Positions 24,926-37,856 of a stretch of 64,000 nucleotides of DNA are shown in pieces. Origin of the DNA: Malacoraja senta (lineage: Eukaryota); the NCBI GenBank assembly GCA_038087875.1, contig CM075979.1, positions 86,242,001-86,306,000 on the forward strand, read 5' to 3'. The translations under genes were made by a program, and so were the position numbers. The notes under the pieces were generated by a model. It had not been told where the DNA came from, did not search any database, and was given only the letters and a program-made list of their open reading frames with translations. The stretch's first letter is position 1. Each line of letters opens with the position of its first letter.

Positions 24926-25384
24926 CCAGCTAAAGATGTGTTACGTGCTCTATGGATACATAGAAAAGTGCAATGAGAAGTGGAGTTGGAAGAATAGAAC
25001 AAGAAATTCCAGAGGAAATTGTTCCTTTCGAAAGACGTCTGGTGGTGGAATCTCATTGGTGATGGGCATTGTGAGGCATAACCATTGAATGCAGAGTAGT
25101 GGGATGGAAAGTGGAGATCTGAGAAACTATCCTTGTATTGGTAATTCGAACAATCTTGGCATTGACATATAAAAGAGCTAAGTCACCACACTAACGCAAT
25201 CTGTGATCTATCCTGGAAGAGGAGTGGGTGCATACTGAGATGTGGTCAAGGGCTATTCAGTTATGGCAGTTTGAAGCCCCAGTTCAGGAAGAAGGAAAAC
25301 ATCTGAGGCATATATGGGTTGTCTCCAATGAGTCTCCAAAGGAGTAGATTGTTTCCTTGTAGGAGGCAAGTTTAGAAGATGTAT

Positions 25385-25830
25385 TGTGTAGGAAGGAACT
25401 GCAGATGCTGGTTTAAACCAAAGATAAACACAAAAAGCTGGAGTAACTCTGCGGGACAGGCAGCATGCCTGGAGAGAAGGAATGGGTGACATTTTGGGTG
25501 GAGACCCCTCTTCTGACTGGTTTGGGATAAGGGGAAACAAGAGTTATGGACGATGGTGTAGAGAGATAATGAACAATGAATGAAAGATATGCAAAAAAGA
25601 AACGATGATAAAGGAAACAGGCCATTGTTAGTTAGCCTTTTTGTTGGATGAAAACAAGAAGCTAGTGCGACTTGGGTGGGGGAGGGATGGAGAGAGAGGG
25701 AATGCCGGGGTTAGTTGAAGTGAGAGAAATCAATATTCGTACCACTGGGCTGTAAGCTGCCCAAATGAAATATGAGATGCTGTTCCTCCAATTTGCGTTT
25801 AGCCTTACTCTGATAATGGAGGAGACCTAT
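25385..25830 (-). mobile_element. Penelope-like element 3' fragment
   Basis: Encodes RKLEEQHLIFHLGSLQPSG on the minus strand. Terminal sequence homologous to 59630-59940. Confidence 0.8.
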
Positions 25831-26467
25831 TGTTGAGATGACTGAGAATCCTTGGGCTAGCAATGGAGATTTGTTGCTAATTTATCCCCTTGGGGGGGCG
25901 GGGGGGGGTCCAGAAAATGAGTGAAGGAATAGATTGTGTGAAGGTGAGGGCAGGTTGGAAAATGACAGAAAAAGTAAAGAAAAGTACCTCTTCATTTGGG
26001 TAAATGTTTTAAAATTTAATAGACTCTTTTTGTTGCTAATATTTTTCATGCACTCTTTTTCCTTCCTATTCTGCTTTCTCAGTTTAATCAGGGTTTTCTT
26101 TTTACCTATTCCATCTTGTATGCTCCTGACCATCCATTGGTGTGTTGGAGAGATTGAGATTTGTGTTGAGAAATCTGCCATATTTCTCACTGGGGACATA
26201 TATACTCTGACTCCAACTCCTCTTTGAATATCTTTGACCAATGTGATGGTGTTTACTTTGGCTCTTTCTGTCCACTTTTGCTAAGTGATATCTTTATACT
26301 TGATCTGCAATTTAAATTTTATTTCTGGTCTATCCTTTTCGTAATGCTAAACCTAACCAAATTGAAAACACTATTGCTACTGCTGCTCTGACCTGCCCGC
26401 GTTGAAAATACATTACAGTATGATTTTGATAAGTTGAAGGATTGATTAAAAAAAGACAGGTTCATGC

Positions 26468-26600
26468 AGTCAAGTCAAGTCAAGAGAGTTTATTGTCATG
26501 TGTCCCAGATAGGACAATGAAATTCTTGCTTGCTGCAGCACAACAGAGTATTGTAAGCATAAATACAGAACAGTTCAGCGTGTCTATATAGCATAGACCA
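26468..26600 (-). mobile_element. Rex1 3' tail fragment followed by (TA)n
   Basis: Reverse complement of the tail at 460-540. Confidence 0.7.
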
Positions 26601-26613
26601 TATATATACATGG

Positions 26614-26649
<36 letters not shown>

Positions 26650-27145
26650 CTATTATGTTATGCCCCTTTCATCTATTTGGTTGTTAATTTAATATTGGTT
26701 GAGATCAGGAAAACGTAATCGGCTACTTTGCTAAATTTTGGGCTATTAAATAAAGACTGTTGGCTGAGTAACACAAGATTGTGGATAGAAACGCATTCAT
26801 GGTTGCATGTGCTAAATGTCTGATGAAGTTGAGTGTGGCTGGTGAGTGGGGCTAATTAAGCAAACTGCTTTGTCATGGATGGTATTAAGTTGCTTTCAGT
26901 GTGGTTGAAACTGCATTTATCCAGGTACGTGGGGGAATTCCATCGCTTTCCCGATTTGTTCCTTCAATGTGATGATGGAAAGGAGTTGGGTTGTTGCTAC
27001 TGGACACATAGCATCTGGCTTGCTTGAATAATCCATAGTTAAGTAGCTGGTCCTGTTGAATTTCTGGTCAACGGCTAGTGCCATAATATAGACAGTTGGG
27101 ATTTATGTGATGGTAATGCTATTTAATGTGAAGGGTAGTTGGTAC

Positions 27146-27787
27146 AATAGATAATTGACAATAGGTGCAGGAGTAGGCCATTTGGCACTTCGAGCCAGCA
27201 CCGCCATTCAATGTGATCATGGCTAATCATCCCCAATCAGTATCCCGTTCCTGCCTTCTCCCCATATTCCCTGACTCCGCTATCTTTAAGAGCCCTATCT
27301 AGCTCTCTCTTGAAAGTATCCAGAGAACCGGCCTCCACCGCCGTCTGAGGCAGAGAATTCCACAGACTCGCAACTCTGTGAGAAAAAGTGTTTCCTCGTC
27401 TCCTTTCTAAATGGCTTACCCCTTATTCTTAAACTGTGGTCCCTGGTTCTGGACTCCCCCAACATCGGGAACATGTTTCCTGCCTCTAGGGTGTCCAAAC
27501 CCTGAACAATCTTATATGTTTCAATAAGATCCCCTCTCATCCTTCTAAACTTCAGAGTGCACAAGCCCAGCGGCTCCATTCTCTCAGCATATGACAGTCC
27601 CGCCATCCCGGGAATTAACCTTGTAAACCTACGCTGCACTCCCTCAATAGCAAGAATGTCCTTCCTCAAATTAGGGGACCAAAACTGCACACAATACTCC
27701 AGGTGTGGTTTCACTAGGGCCCTGTACAACTGCAGAAGGACCTCTTTGCTCCTATACTCGACGACTCTTGTTATAACGGCCAACATG
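27146..27787 (-). mobile_element. 5'-truncated CR1 LINE
   Basis: EYRSKEVLLQLYRALVKPHLEYCVQFWSP..RRMRGDLIETYKI, followed by the CR1 3' tail. Confidence 0.92.
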
Positions 27788-28434
27788 CGACTCTTCTGTT
27801 GAAGGTGATCATTGCCTAGCACTTATCTGCTTAACTCTGAGAAGTTATAAATAGAATGACAGTTTTGGCGTCATCATTGAGTGTCCCCGTGTTTGACCTG
27901 CCAATGGAAGGTTGATGCTAAAGCACTACCCTGAAGAACTACCGTGCTGACTTCAGACTAGGATGTGTGGCCTCTAACTGCCATAATCTGTTGTCTTTTG
28001 TGAAATGAATGACTCCAGGTGTAAGTGTTCTCTTGAGGGCAACTGAGTTCAGTTTTACCAGACTCATGGTACTACAATCAGTCAACTATTGCTCTTCTCC
28101 CCCACCAATTGTAAAGTGTTGACCTTCAAGCTCTGATCCTGCCACCCAAATCCATAGATTTCTAATGATTATCTTTGTTGCTTTCCTGTGGCATTAGTTA
28201 TTTGTACATCTATTTCTCTATGACCTCTAAGAATCCATGTTTTAATTTAAGAGCTGCCATTCACCATAAATCACAACCTGTTTTTGAAGTTTCAGAATCT
28301 TATACAGTACCTATGTATAATATTTAATTTCTGAATTATATTGAAATTGTTTTGCTGTGGTGTTCCAAAGTAATTAATTTATATTCTGCTCATTTAAGCA
28401 TCAGTGTACAGGACTGTCCTGATCTTGAAAGGAG

Positions 28435-29410
28435 GTATCGCATAGCTGGTAGAGCTGCTACCTCCGTGCCAGAGACCCGGGTTTGATCCTGACCTTGGGT
28501 GCTGTCTCTGTGGAATTTACATGTTCTTCCTGTGACCCTGTGAATTTCCTCCGGGTGCTCCGGTGTCCTCCTAGATCCCAAAGACATGCAGATTTATAAG
28601 TTAACTAGACCAAGCGCAGACCCGTTGGGTCTCGTTCCCCCAATGCAATATTCCACCAAACTGCGCATGCGCGGCTGACGGACCCGCACTGCGCAGGCAC
28701 GACTGCCGCGTTCAAAGTTGTGCCGTTGACGGCAGAAATTAAGTTAGAGTTAATAAAGTGAATAGAGGACCCGTGGAGGCGTTTGTAAAATAGAACAAAA
28801 CGTACCCAAGATGAGGCCAGCCAAGTACACGTGGAAAAAAAAAATGGCGATCTGAAAATCGGCAAAGGCCCCAACTGCGCACGAGCGGATACCGGGCCCA
28901 CTGCACACGCGCGGGGAGACGCCGTCATTTTGCGTCACTGCCCTGTCACTGGCGCCATTTTCAATTGTGATGCGGCTGACTGGCCTCCCTCAACAGCGCA
29001 GGCGCGGCCGGCAAGTGGGGGCGCTGTATAAAGTTAATTTAAGTTTTAAGTCTCAATAACTTGTAAAATATAACATCAATCTGAATGAAACTTGGCTAAT
29101 GCACATCGCAGGACAATGGTGAGTAAGGTTGGCCTAAAATTGTAGTGCTATCGTGTACTGTTTTTGCGGAGTTTCGGGAACAAATATATATACAAACAAA
29201 CAAGATGAGTTTTGGTAATAAAATAATAATTATTATAATTATATATATAATAGATAGATTGGCTTCTGTAAATTAGGAACTGCAGGATAGGAACGATTTA
29301 GAGGAATATGGGCTAAATGCGGGTAGTTGGAACAAATGTAGGTGGGGCATCTTGGTCGGCATGGATAAGTTCGGCCGAAGGGCCGGTTTCTGTGCTGCAT
29401 GGCTCTAACT
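28435..29410 (+). mobile_element. V-SINE (HE1-like) split by Helitron D
   Basis: A/B-box head at 28440-28490. SINE sequence ..aagttaa|ttggct.. is interrupted at 28604/29259. Confidence 0.75.
28605..29258 (-). mobile_element. Non-autonomous Helitron D (654 bp, intact termini)
   Basis: Minus strand reads A|TCTATCTA...AGACCC-AAC-GGGTCT hairpin...CTAG|T. Inserted between A and T with no TSD. Confidence 0.92.
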
Positions 29411-30759
29411 CATTGCTGTCCTCATCTTCTTAAAGAGAGTAATGTAATGTGATCAGGCTGTTTCATTTTTTGAGGGAGTTAGATGTGATGGTGTCTTTTT
29501 TTACCAAGTGTCATCAAGAATGGCTTTCATGCAAAAAGATTGGTTTGTGTTTTGTGTTGTATCATTCTAAAGGTATCGGTAGATGGCGCTCTGATCACAG
29601 GTTTTATTTTTCACTTTGCATTAGCAGGGCACCTAATGGTGTGCTTGATTTAGATTTTCCAATGTGCTTTTACAACTGAAAGAGTGAGCTTGTCTATCAT
29701 CATTGTAGGTTCAAGATTTGCAAAAAACGGATTGAGAATAATAATTGTGCTCAGCAGTTATGATATTCATTTTTGAAAGGTCATTGTAAATAACTGTCAC
29801 ATTGCTAAGAGAATTACGTGATTTTCTTGTGAATTTGGTTGGTGTATTTGATTTTCTTTTTTTAAAACAGCTCAATATAGAGCCTGTCAATATATGATTG
29901 AAATATTAAGTTAGTAGATGAGGCTGTGTACCTTAATTTCAGCTCATCCAAAGAGAAGAAAATCTTTTGCAGGCATGAAGTTTCTACTCTAAATATATAA
30001 ATTGCACTTTGAAATAAACTAGATCTGCTGAAACACTTGGAAAAATCCACAAAGCTCTACTATAAGTTCTACTATAATGTGATGGTTGTGTTCTTAAGAA
30101 ACCTCGCATTGATGAAAATTACATCATAAAACCAATCGTGTCAATGGGGGAAAGGGGGTTAGGGGCGAGAGAGTTTCAGACTGTCAATAGAAGTTTGCTT
30201 ATTACAGGATGTTCAAAAATAAATATCTTTTGATTGCTATAAATTTTATTTTTGTTGGAAGTTAAAACTATAAAAAGCGAAGTAGCATTGTTGACTAGAG
30301 CATTATTGAACGTGTCAAAAGAAGCAATTGGTTGTCAAATCCAGTGGCCACGTGGTGATACTGACAGACTGTTCTTAAGCAATAGTGTCTGATTAATGTG
30401 GGGAGATTACATGTAAGCAGCTTTTTTTCCTATCCAGGCAGATGTCATTGAAATTAGAAAAGTTAAACCACAACTAAGCTGATCTGAGGTTGAAGCCTCA
30501 CTTTTTGAACCTCACTCTTTTAGTTTCACTGTGGGCACTGTGCACAAAGCTCTCAGAAAAAAGTAACGCAGAAAAAGTAGTTTTAGTGATGTTGATTGCA
30601 GTATAGGTGTTTTGGAGGAAATAAACAATACTTGTTCTTTGAAATAGCTCCATGGGATTTATTCTCCCCTTGAGAACAGGAGTCTCTTTGCATTCTTAAT
30701 GTCCAGGTGTTTGTGCAACAAACATTAGAGCTGCAGTAGAAAGGGCAGTTGGATAGCAT

Positions 30760-32422
30760 CAGTGCCCTCCATAATGTTTGGGACAAAGTCCCATCATTTA
30801 TTTATTTGCCTCTGTACTCCATAATTTGACATTTGTAATAGGAAAAAAAATCACATGTGGTTAAAGTTCACATTGTCAGATTTTATTAAAGGGTATTTTT
30901 ATACATTTTGGTTTCGCCATGTAGAAATTACAACTATGTTTATACATAGTCCCCCCATTTCAGGGCACCATAATGTTTGGGACACATGGCTTCACGGTGT
31001 TTGTAATTGTTCAGGTGTGGTTAAATGCATAATTTTGGTTAATAATATAAGAGAGCTCTCAGCAACCCATCTTTCCTCCAGTCTTTCCATCACCTTTGGA
31101 AACTTTTATTGCTGTTTATCAACATGAGAACCAAAGTTGTGTCAATGAAAGTCAAAGAAGCTATTATGAGACTGAGAAACAAGAATAAAACGGTTAGAGA
31201 CATCAGCCAAACCTTAGGCTTACCAAAATCAACTGTTTGGAACATCATTAAGAAGAAAGAGAGCACTGGTGAGCTTACTAATCGCAAAGTCTATTGTCTA
31301 TTGAAAGGGACTGGCAGGCCAAGGAAGACCTGCACAGCTGATGACAGAAGAATTCTCTCTATTATAAAGAAAAAATCCCAAACACCGGTCTGACAGATCA
31401 GAAGCACACTTCAGGAGTCAGGTGTGGATTTGTCAATGACCACAGAAGGATTCATGAACAGAAATACAGAGGCTACACTGCAAGATGCAAACCACTGGTT
31501 AGCCGGAAAAAATAGGATGGCCAGGTTACAGTTTGCCAAGATGTACTTAAAAGAGCAACCACAGTTCTGGAAAAAGATCTTGTGGACAGATGAGATGAAG
31601 ATTAACATATCAGAGTGATGGCAAGAACAAAGTATGGAGGAGAGACGGAACTGCCCAAGATCCAAAGCATACCACCTTATCTGTGAAACATGGTGGTGGG
31701 GCTGTTATGGCCTGGGCATGTATGGCTGCTGAAGGTACTGGCTCACTTATCTTCATTGATGAAACAACTGCTGGTGGTAGTGGCATAATGAATTCTGAAG
31801 TGTATAGACACATCCTATCTGCTCAAGTTCAAATAAATGCCTCAAAACACATTGGCTCGTGGTTCTTTCTACAGCTAGACAATGATCCCAAACATACTGC
31901 TAAAGCAACAAGGTAATTTTTCAAAACTAAAAAATAATAAATTTTTGAGTGGCCAAGTCAATCACCCGATCTGAACCCAATTGGGCATGCCTTTTATATG
32001 CTGAAGAGAAATCTGAAGGGGACTGGCCCCCAAAACAAGCATAAGCCAAAGATGGTTATAATACAGGCCTGGCAGAGCATCACCAGAGAAGACACCCAGC
32101 AACTGGTGATGTCCATGAATCGCAGACTTCAAGCAGTCATTGCATGCAAATGATATGCAACAAAATACTAAACATGACTACTTTCGTTTACATGACATTG
32201 TTGTGTCCCAAACATTATGGTGCCCTGAAATGGGGGGGACTGTATATAAACACTGCTGTAATTTCTACATGGTGAAACGAAAATGTATAAAAACGGCTTT
32301 TATTAAAATCTGACAATGTGCACTTTAACCACATGTGATTTTTTTTCTATTACAAATCTCAAATTGTGGAGTGCAGAGGCAAATAAATAAATGATGGGTC
32401 TGTCCCAAACATTATGGCACTG
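30760..32422 (+). mobile_element. Tc1 (Passport-like, IR/DR-type) transposon, full length, transposase disrupted
   Basis: ~220-bp TIRs starting CAGTGCCCTCCATAATGTTTGGGACA with internal direct repeat. ILWTDE, KHGGG, DNDPKH, WPSQSPDLNPI motifs. TA after the right end. Confidence 0.92.
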
Positions 32423-33669
32423 TATGTCATGCATTTGATTTTGTGTAAATAGTTTTCAAAGTGCCTTTTCTTATTCATTTTCAGAAACTTTTTTATAAAC
32501 AACTTGAGAGTTTCAATCAAGGGTTAACTAGAATTTTGAAGTTGTAACAAAGGAATGCTGACAGCACTTGTCAAGTAAGGTGGCAGCATTTGGGTGAGAA
32601 ACTATTGACATTTCAAGTAAATGGAGAAAGTGAGTAGTGTTAAAGAATTTGTTGTTCAATGTAAAAATTAAGATCAGCCAGGTGATGAAGAATAATGATG
32701 GAAGGAAACTAGAAAGGTTTTCCTTGTTGAAGGCTTCTACAGGAAAATTGAAGCCCCTCAGATCATTCTGATGAGAATCAGAGGTGTAGGGAAATGTAAA
32801 TCTCATCTTTGCAGAAAGCTGCTGTATTATACCTATGTCTGTTGCGCTGTGAGATAAGGGGAGATGGAGGAGAAATATTTTAAACATGTCACTCGATCTC
32901 AAAACAAATAAAACCGGATTCTCTGAAATCTTGTACAGTTTACTAATAAACATAACTATTTCTGTTAATTCATTTGTCACGTTCTATGCAGTTCTCTATG
33001 ATACATTTGGCACAAATGGCTAACTAGCTTTAAGACACTCATGGTCACTTTTCTGATGTGTTTAGCCAGACTTTTGGACCAGAACTCTCCATTACTGCCT
33101 TTAAATTTTGAGCATGTATCCCAGCTCTGACCTTGTACTCCACCAGTAACTACTGTTGCAAGTTTGAGATTCCTCTGTACTCATTAGCCTTTTGCTTGCA
33201 TCCCCAAGGTCAAATCCTACTACTGTTGCCATATCTGATATTCGCAATGCAATTTAGGTCCTGCAGCCCACTCAATTGACTTTGCCACCCAATGTTCTTC
33301 TATCCATCTTCTTGCGTATGGCGTGCACAGCCTAAAGTTGTAGGACAACTTGTTCTATTTGATCTTATTTGATTGTGCACACCGGGTTGATTGCATTCGT
33401 TGAAACAGGGCGGACCATGTGAAGGTTGCAATCTTCCACCCCCTTCTGTCCATAAAGATTGCAAACTATCTTGCATCTTTCCTTCAATGCTATCATTCTG
33501 CTTATTATGTGCTGCATACTTATTTGAGAAAATACATTATGTTTGATAGAATATGTGTTTAAATGGCTTCATTTCTATGAATCATCACTTTTGGTAGTGT
33601 GGTTCCACTTTATCAGAATCACTGATTTATTGAGATAGTTTATCCCTTTCAATATGAACAAAACCAAAA

Positions 33670-34037
33670 GATTGTTAAGGGTTTGGACACGCTAGAGGCA
33701 GGAAACATGTTCCCGATGTTGGGGGAGTCCAGAACCAGGGGTCACAGTTTAAGAATAAGGAGTAAGCCATTTAGAACGGAGACGAGGAAACACTTTTTCT
33801 CACAGAGAGTGGTGAGTCTGTGGAATTCTCTGCCTCAGAGGGCGGTGGAGGCGGGTTCTCTGGATGCTTTCAAGAGTGAGTTAGATAGGGCTCTTAAAAA
33901 TAGCGGAGTCAGGGGATATGGGGAGAAGGCAGGAACGGGGTACTGATTGGGGATGATCAGCCATGATCACATTGAATGGCAGTGCTGGTTCAAAGGGCCA
34001 AAATGGCCTACTCCTGCACCTATTGTCTATTGTCTAT
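33670..34037 (+). mobile_element. CR1 3' fragment
   Basis: SRTRGHSLRI..FFSQRVVSLWNSLP..GYGEKAGTGY plus tail tctattgtcta. Confidence 0.9.
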
Positions 34038-34959
34038 ATGGTATTAAATCCTACAATTCATGCATAATTTTGGTAAATATAACCTTTTCCTTTTTTTGCC
34101 TGTATGGTTGTCCAGCTCGACAGATCTTGTCTGAAGTGATGATGAACATAAAATCAAAAATAAGAAAGCGTGTTAGAAATCACGTCGATCATTTATTTTG
34201 CAGAATTACAAAAGACAATGAGAAGAACTTGCTAATAAAATAAGCGCTAAATGAATAGCTTAAAATAAGTCCTCATACAGCAAAACTTTGTCCGAAGCAG
34301 GTAACCGCTTATTTTTCTAACAGTTATACCTAATCCTAGATTCTTCCGCCAGAGAAAATTATTCTTTCCTTATCCATCCTATTAGGACTGCTCAGGATCT
34401 TCTTTTCGATCAACTACCCATTCTCTCTTCTAAATTCCAGGTGGTGCTAGCCTAGCCTATCCAATCCTTCTTAGCAACTCAACATGTCCATTGCAGGTGT
34501 TAAAGTAAAAAAATACTGGAAACACTTTGCACATTAGGCAGTGCCTATGGAAAATGATGGTGTGTTTAGGTTCTGACTAGGAGTCTATGACCTTAAATGT
34601 CAACTCTTTATTTTTGTTAACACTAATACTTTTTATTAGAACCTGAAACAGTATCTCCCTTTCCATAGAAACTGCCTGAGCTGCTAAGTGTTATCAGCAT
34701 TTCTGTCTTTATTTCAGATCTCCAGCATCTGCAGTTTTCTATTACTTTCATTCCAGGTATTGGTTCAGTAAACCTTTAAGCTGAATCCAACACATTTTCA
34801 TCCTTGGATAAAGGAAACCGGTACTGTACATAATACTCCTGTGGTGTGAAAAATATCTTCTCTAATCAACCAAGACCTGAAGCCTGTATAGTAAGCATGC
34901 AATGGCTATCCCACATTAAAAGAAACTAAGCACAGGCAACTTCCACTCCACAATAACTC

Positions 34960-35398
34960 CATTCAATATGATCATGGCTGATCATCCAAAATCAGTACCC
35001 AGTTCCTGTTTTTTCCCCATGTCCCTTGATTCCATTAGCCCCAAGAGCTAAATCTAACTCTCTTGAAAACATCCAGTGCCTTCCGTGGCAGCAAATTCCA
35101 CAGATTCACAACTCTGGGTGAAAAAGTTTTTCCTCATCTCAGTCGTAAATGGCCTACCCCACATTCTTAAACTGTGAACCCTGGTTTTGGACCCCCCCCC
35201 CCAACATCCGGAAAGATTTTCCTGCATCAAGCCTGTCCAATCCTTAAGAATTGTATATGTTTCTATAAGATCCCCTCTCATCCGTCTACATTCCAGTGAA
35301 TACAAGCCCAGTCGACCAATTCTTTCATCATATGTCAGTCCCGCCATCCCAAGAATTAACCTGGTGAACCTACGCTGCACTCCCTCAATAGCAAGAAT
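34960..35398 (-). mobile_element. CR1 3' fragment
   Basis: QRRFTRLILGMAGLTYDER..RGDLIETY. Confidence 0.85.
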
Positions 35399-35789
35399 AT
35401 TATCATCGTCATTAAAAAAGATCCATCATGAATTAATTCAAGACATCAACTTCATTCTTCAAATATTCAAAATTGCTTAATCAAGCTTGCAGTACTTGGC
35501 AAAACTAAAAGGAAAGACTTATGAGTTATAATAGTCAAATGTCTTCAGCAAAGGATCCAGCCAACAAAGTCAATTTACACAAAAAAAGTATTTAAACATG
35601 AGCTTCCTCTGTTTAGAACCAGTGTTTGGAGATAATTGCATACAAATTATGTGCATAAAATGAAACTTGATTAACACAGGAATTCCCAAATTATTCATGT
35701 TCTGGCTTGCTGAAGTAAGAATTTCATTGTTCAGTTTCCATGCATATGACAATGAAACACTCTTGATTCTTGACTAAAGTGTGGTCACC

Positions 35790-36325
35790 ATGTGAGCTTA
35801 TTTAATGGTATGGCAACTGTTCTGCCCAAGACTGCAAGCAATTGCAGAGAGTTTTCAATGCAGCACAGTCCACCTCGCAAACAAGCCTTCAAACTTCCCC
35901 TCCCCCATCCTCATCAACTCTATCTATGCTTCATGCTGCCTCGGACAACTTGCAGCCTGGTCATTCTCTTTTCCTCCTCTTTCCTGTCAGGTAAAATATA
36001 CAAAAAGTTGAAAGCATGTGTCATAAGACTCAAGAACACCTTATTTTACCATCACTATCGGACTTGAACGAATCTCTCCTATAATCGGGATGAATTTGTA
36101 ATCTACTATCCATACATTTGTAGTTACGCTTACTTTGTATCAGCAACACTATATTCTGCACTTTGTTTATTTTTTCTTTTGCACTACCTGATATCCTTGT
36201 GTATGATATGATTTAGAAAAATAGGTGCAGGAGTAGGCCATTCGGCTCTTCGAGCCAGCACCGTCTGACTAGCATGCAAAACAAAGTATGGTGTATCTGG
36301 GTACAAGTGGCAACCAATACCAAAT
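35790..36325 (+). mobile_element. Decayed Rex1 3' fragment with a short CR1 tail inserted (36213-36263)
   Basis: Homologous to 2030-2470. Confidence 0.6.
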
Positions 36326-37678
36326 CCTCCTCCTTCTTAACCAATATCAAATTGATAATTTTCAAGAGGCAGTTGTGAATGGTGAGATAAGTGACAGATA
36401 GTCCAATAATGCTTGTGTCAGGGGTGCAGCAGCAGCTAGCAAGTGATGGACAGATCCAGGTGAGGAGTGGGTGGGCAGAAGTTTGTATAAATACTATGAT
36501 CAGTGTCCAGAACCTTTGTTTCAAGTTGTGGCCTGGTATGAACTTTTCTGATAGAAAAATACATTTTTGCTCCTTGTGATTCCAGTGTGAATAACGCTGC
36601 TTGTGATATTCAATGCAAGTAGTTTGCAGGGGCCACGGAGCTTTTTTACAAGTGGGGGGAGGGTGTGGGAGGGGGTGATCCCCTCCCATGGTAGGGACTT
36701 TATTAAATTTGATGTATTAAAATCATGTTTTAGTGCATTGTAGAAGTATGATTTCAATGTTTTTTGTTTGAAGTAATTTTAAGATAATGTAGGGCCTGCA
36801 TGGGAGATATGAGTAGGTGATTATTATTTTTGTTATTGCTTGACCTCCAAAAACTGGGGGATAATAATACAGGCCATCCCCCACCTCAAAAGTGGGGGGA
36901 TATATCCCCCTCCCCCCCACTCCGTCCGGATCGACGCCAGTGCCTTCCACGGTACAGAAACATTGACAAAACAATTTTTTTATGTGTTATAAAGTGTTTT
37001 TTTGTTTTTTAGTTGGAAAAAGGGACAAGAAATAATCATAACATTTCCTGATTTTGCAGTCATACAAATTATGTTTTGCTCGGGGGAAAAATCGGAGTAT
37101 TTTGAAAGTATGCGTTCTCCTTTTGACGTACATTTCATTTGATATGAATTTAGAATCATCAAACCATGACAATAAAGGGGGTATATGTTTGTGGAAACAT
37201 TACTTTTTTATTTTGTTAAATAAACGTTAATTTTCGAGAAATCTAAAATGCATTAGAAATATACATTTCAATGCACTGAGTCTCTTGCCCAGAGTAGGTG
37301 AATTGAGGACCAGAGGAAAGATTTAAGATGAAGGGGAAAAGATTTCATAGGAATCTGAAGGGTAACTTTTTCCACACAAAGCGTGGTGGGTGTATGGAAC
37401 AAGCTGCCAGATGAGGTAGTTGAGGCAGGGACTATCCCAATGCTTGACTGTTAGACTGATGCATGGATAGGACAGGTTTGGATGGATATGGACCAAAAGC
37501 AGGTAGTGTAGCTGGGACATGTTGGCGGGTGTGGGCAAGTTGGGCCGAAGGGCCCGTTTTCACACTGTATCACTCTGTGACTACATTATACCTCCACCAT
37601 GCATGAATGCATGAATGCTTCAAAATCAAGTGGTCAAGTTTTATTGGGCAAGAGTGACCATAATATGGTTGAGTTCTT

Positions 37679-37856
37679 ATATTTAAGAGGGAGTTAGATG
37701 TGGCCCTTGTGGCTAAAGGGATCAGGGGGTATGGAGAGAAGGCAGGTACGGGATACTGAGTTGGATGATCAGCCATGATCATATTGAATGGCGGTGCAGG
37801 CTCGAAGGGCCGAATGGCCTACTCCTGCACCTATTTTCTATGTTTCTATGTTTCTA
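37679..37856 (+). mobile_element. Short CR1 3' end fused head-to-tail to the long CR1
   Basis: Near-identical to 40502-40679. Confidence 0.9.
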
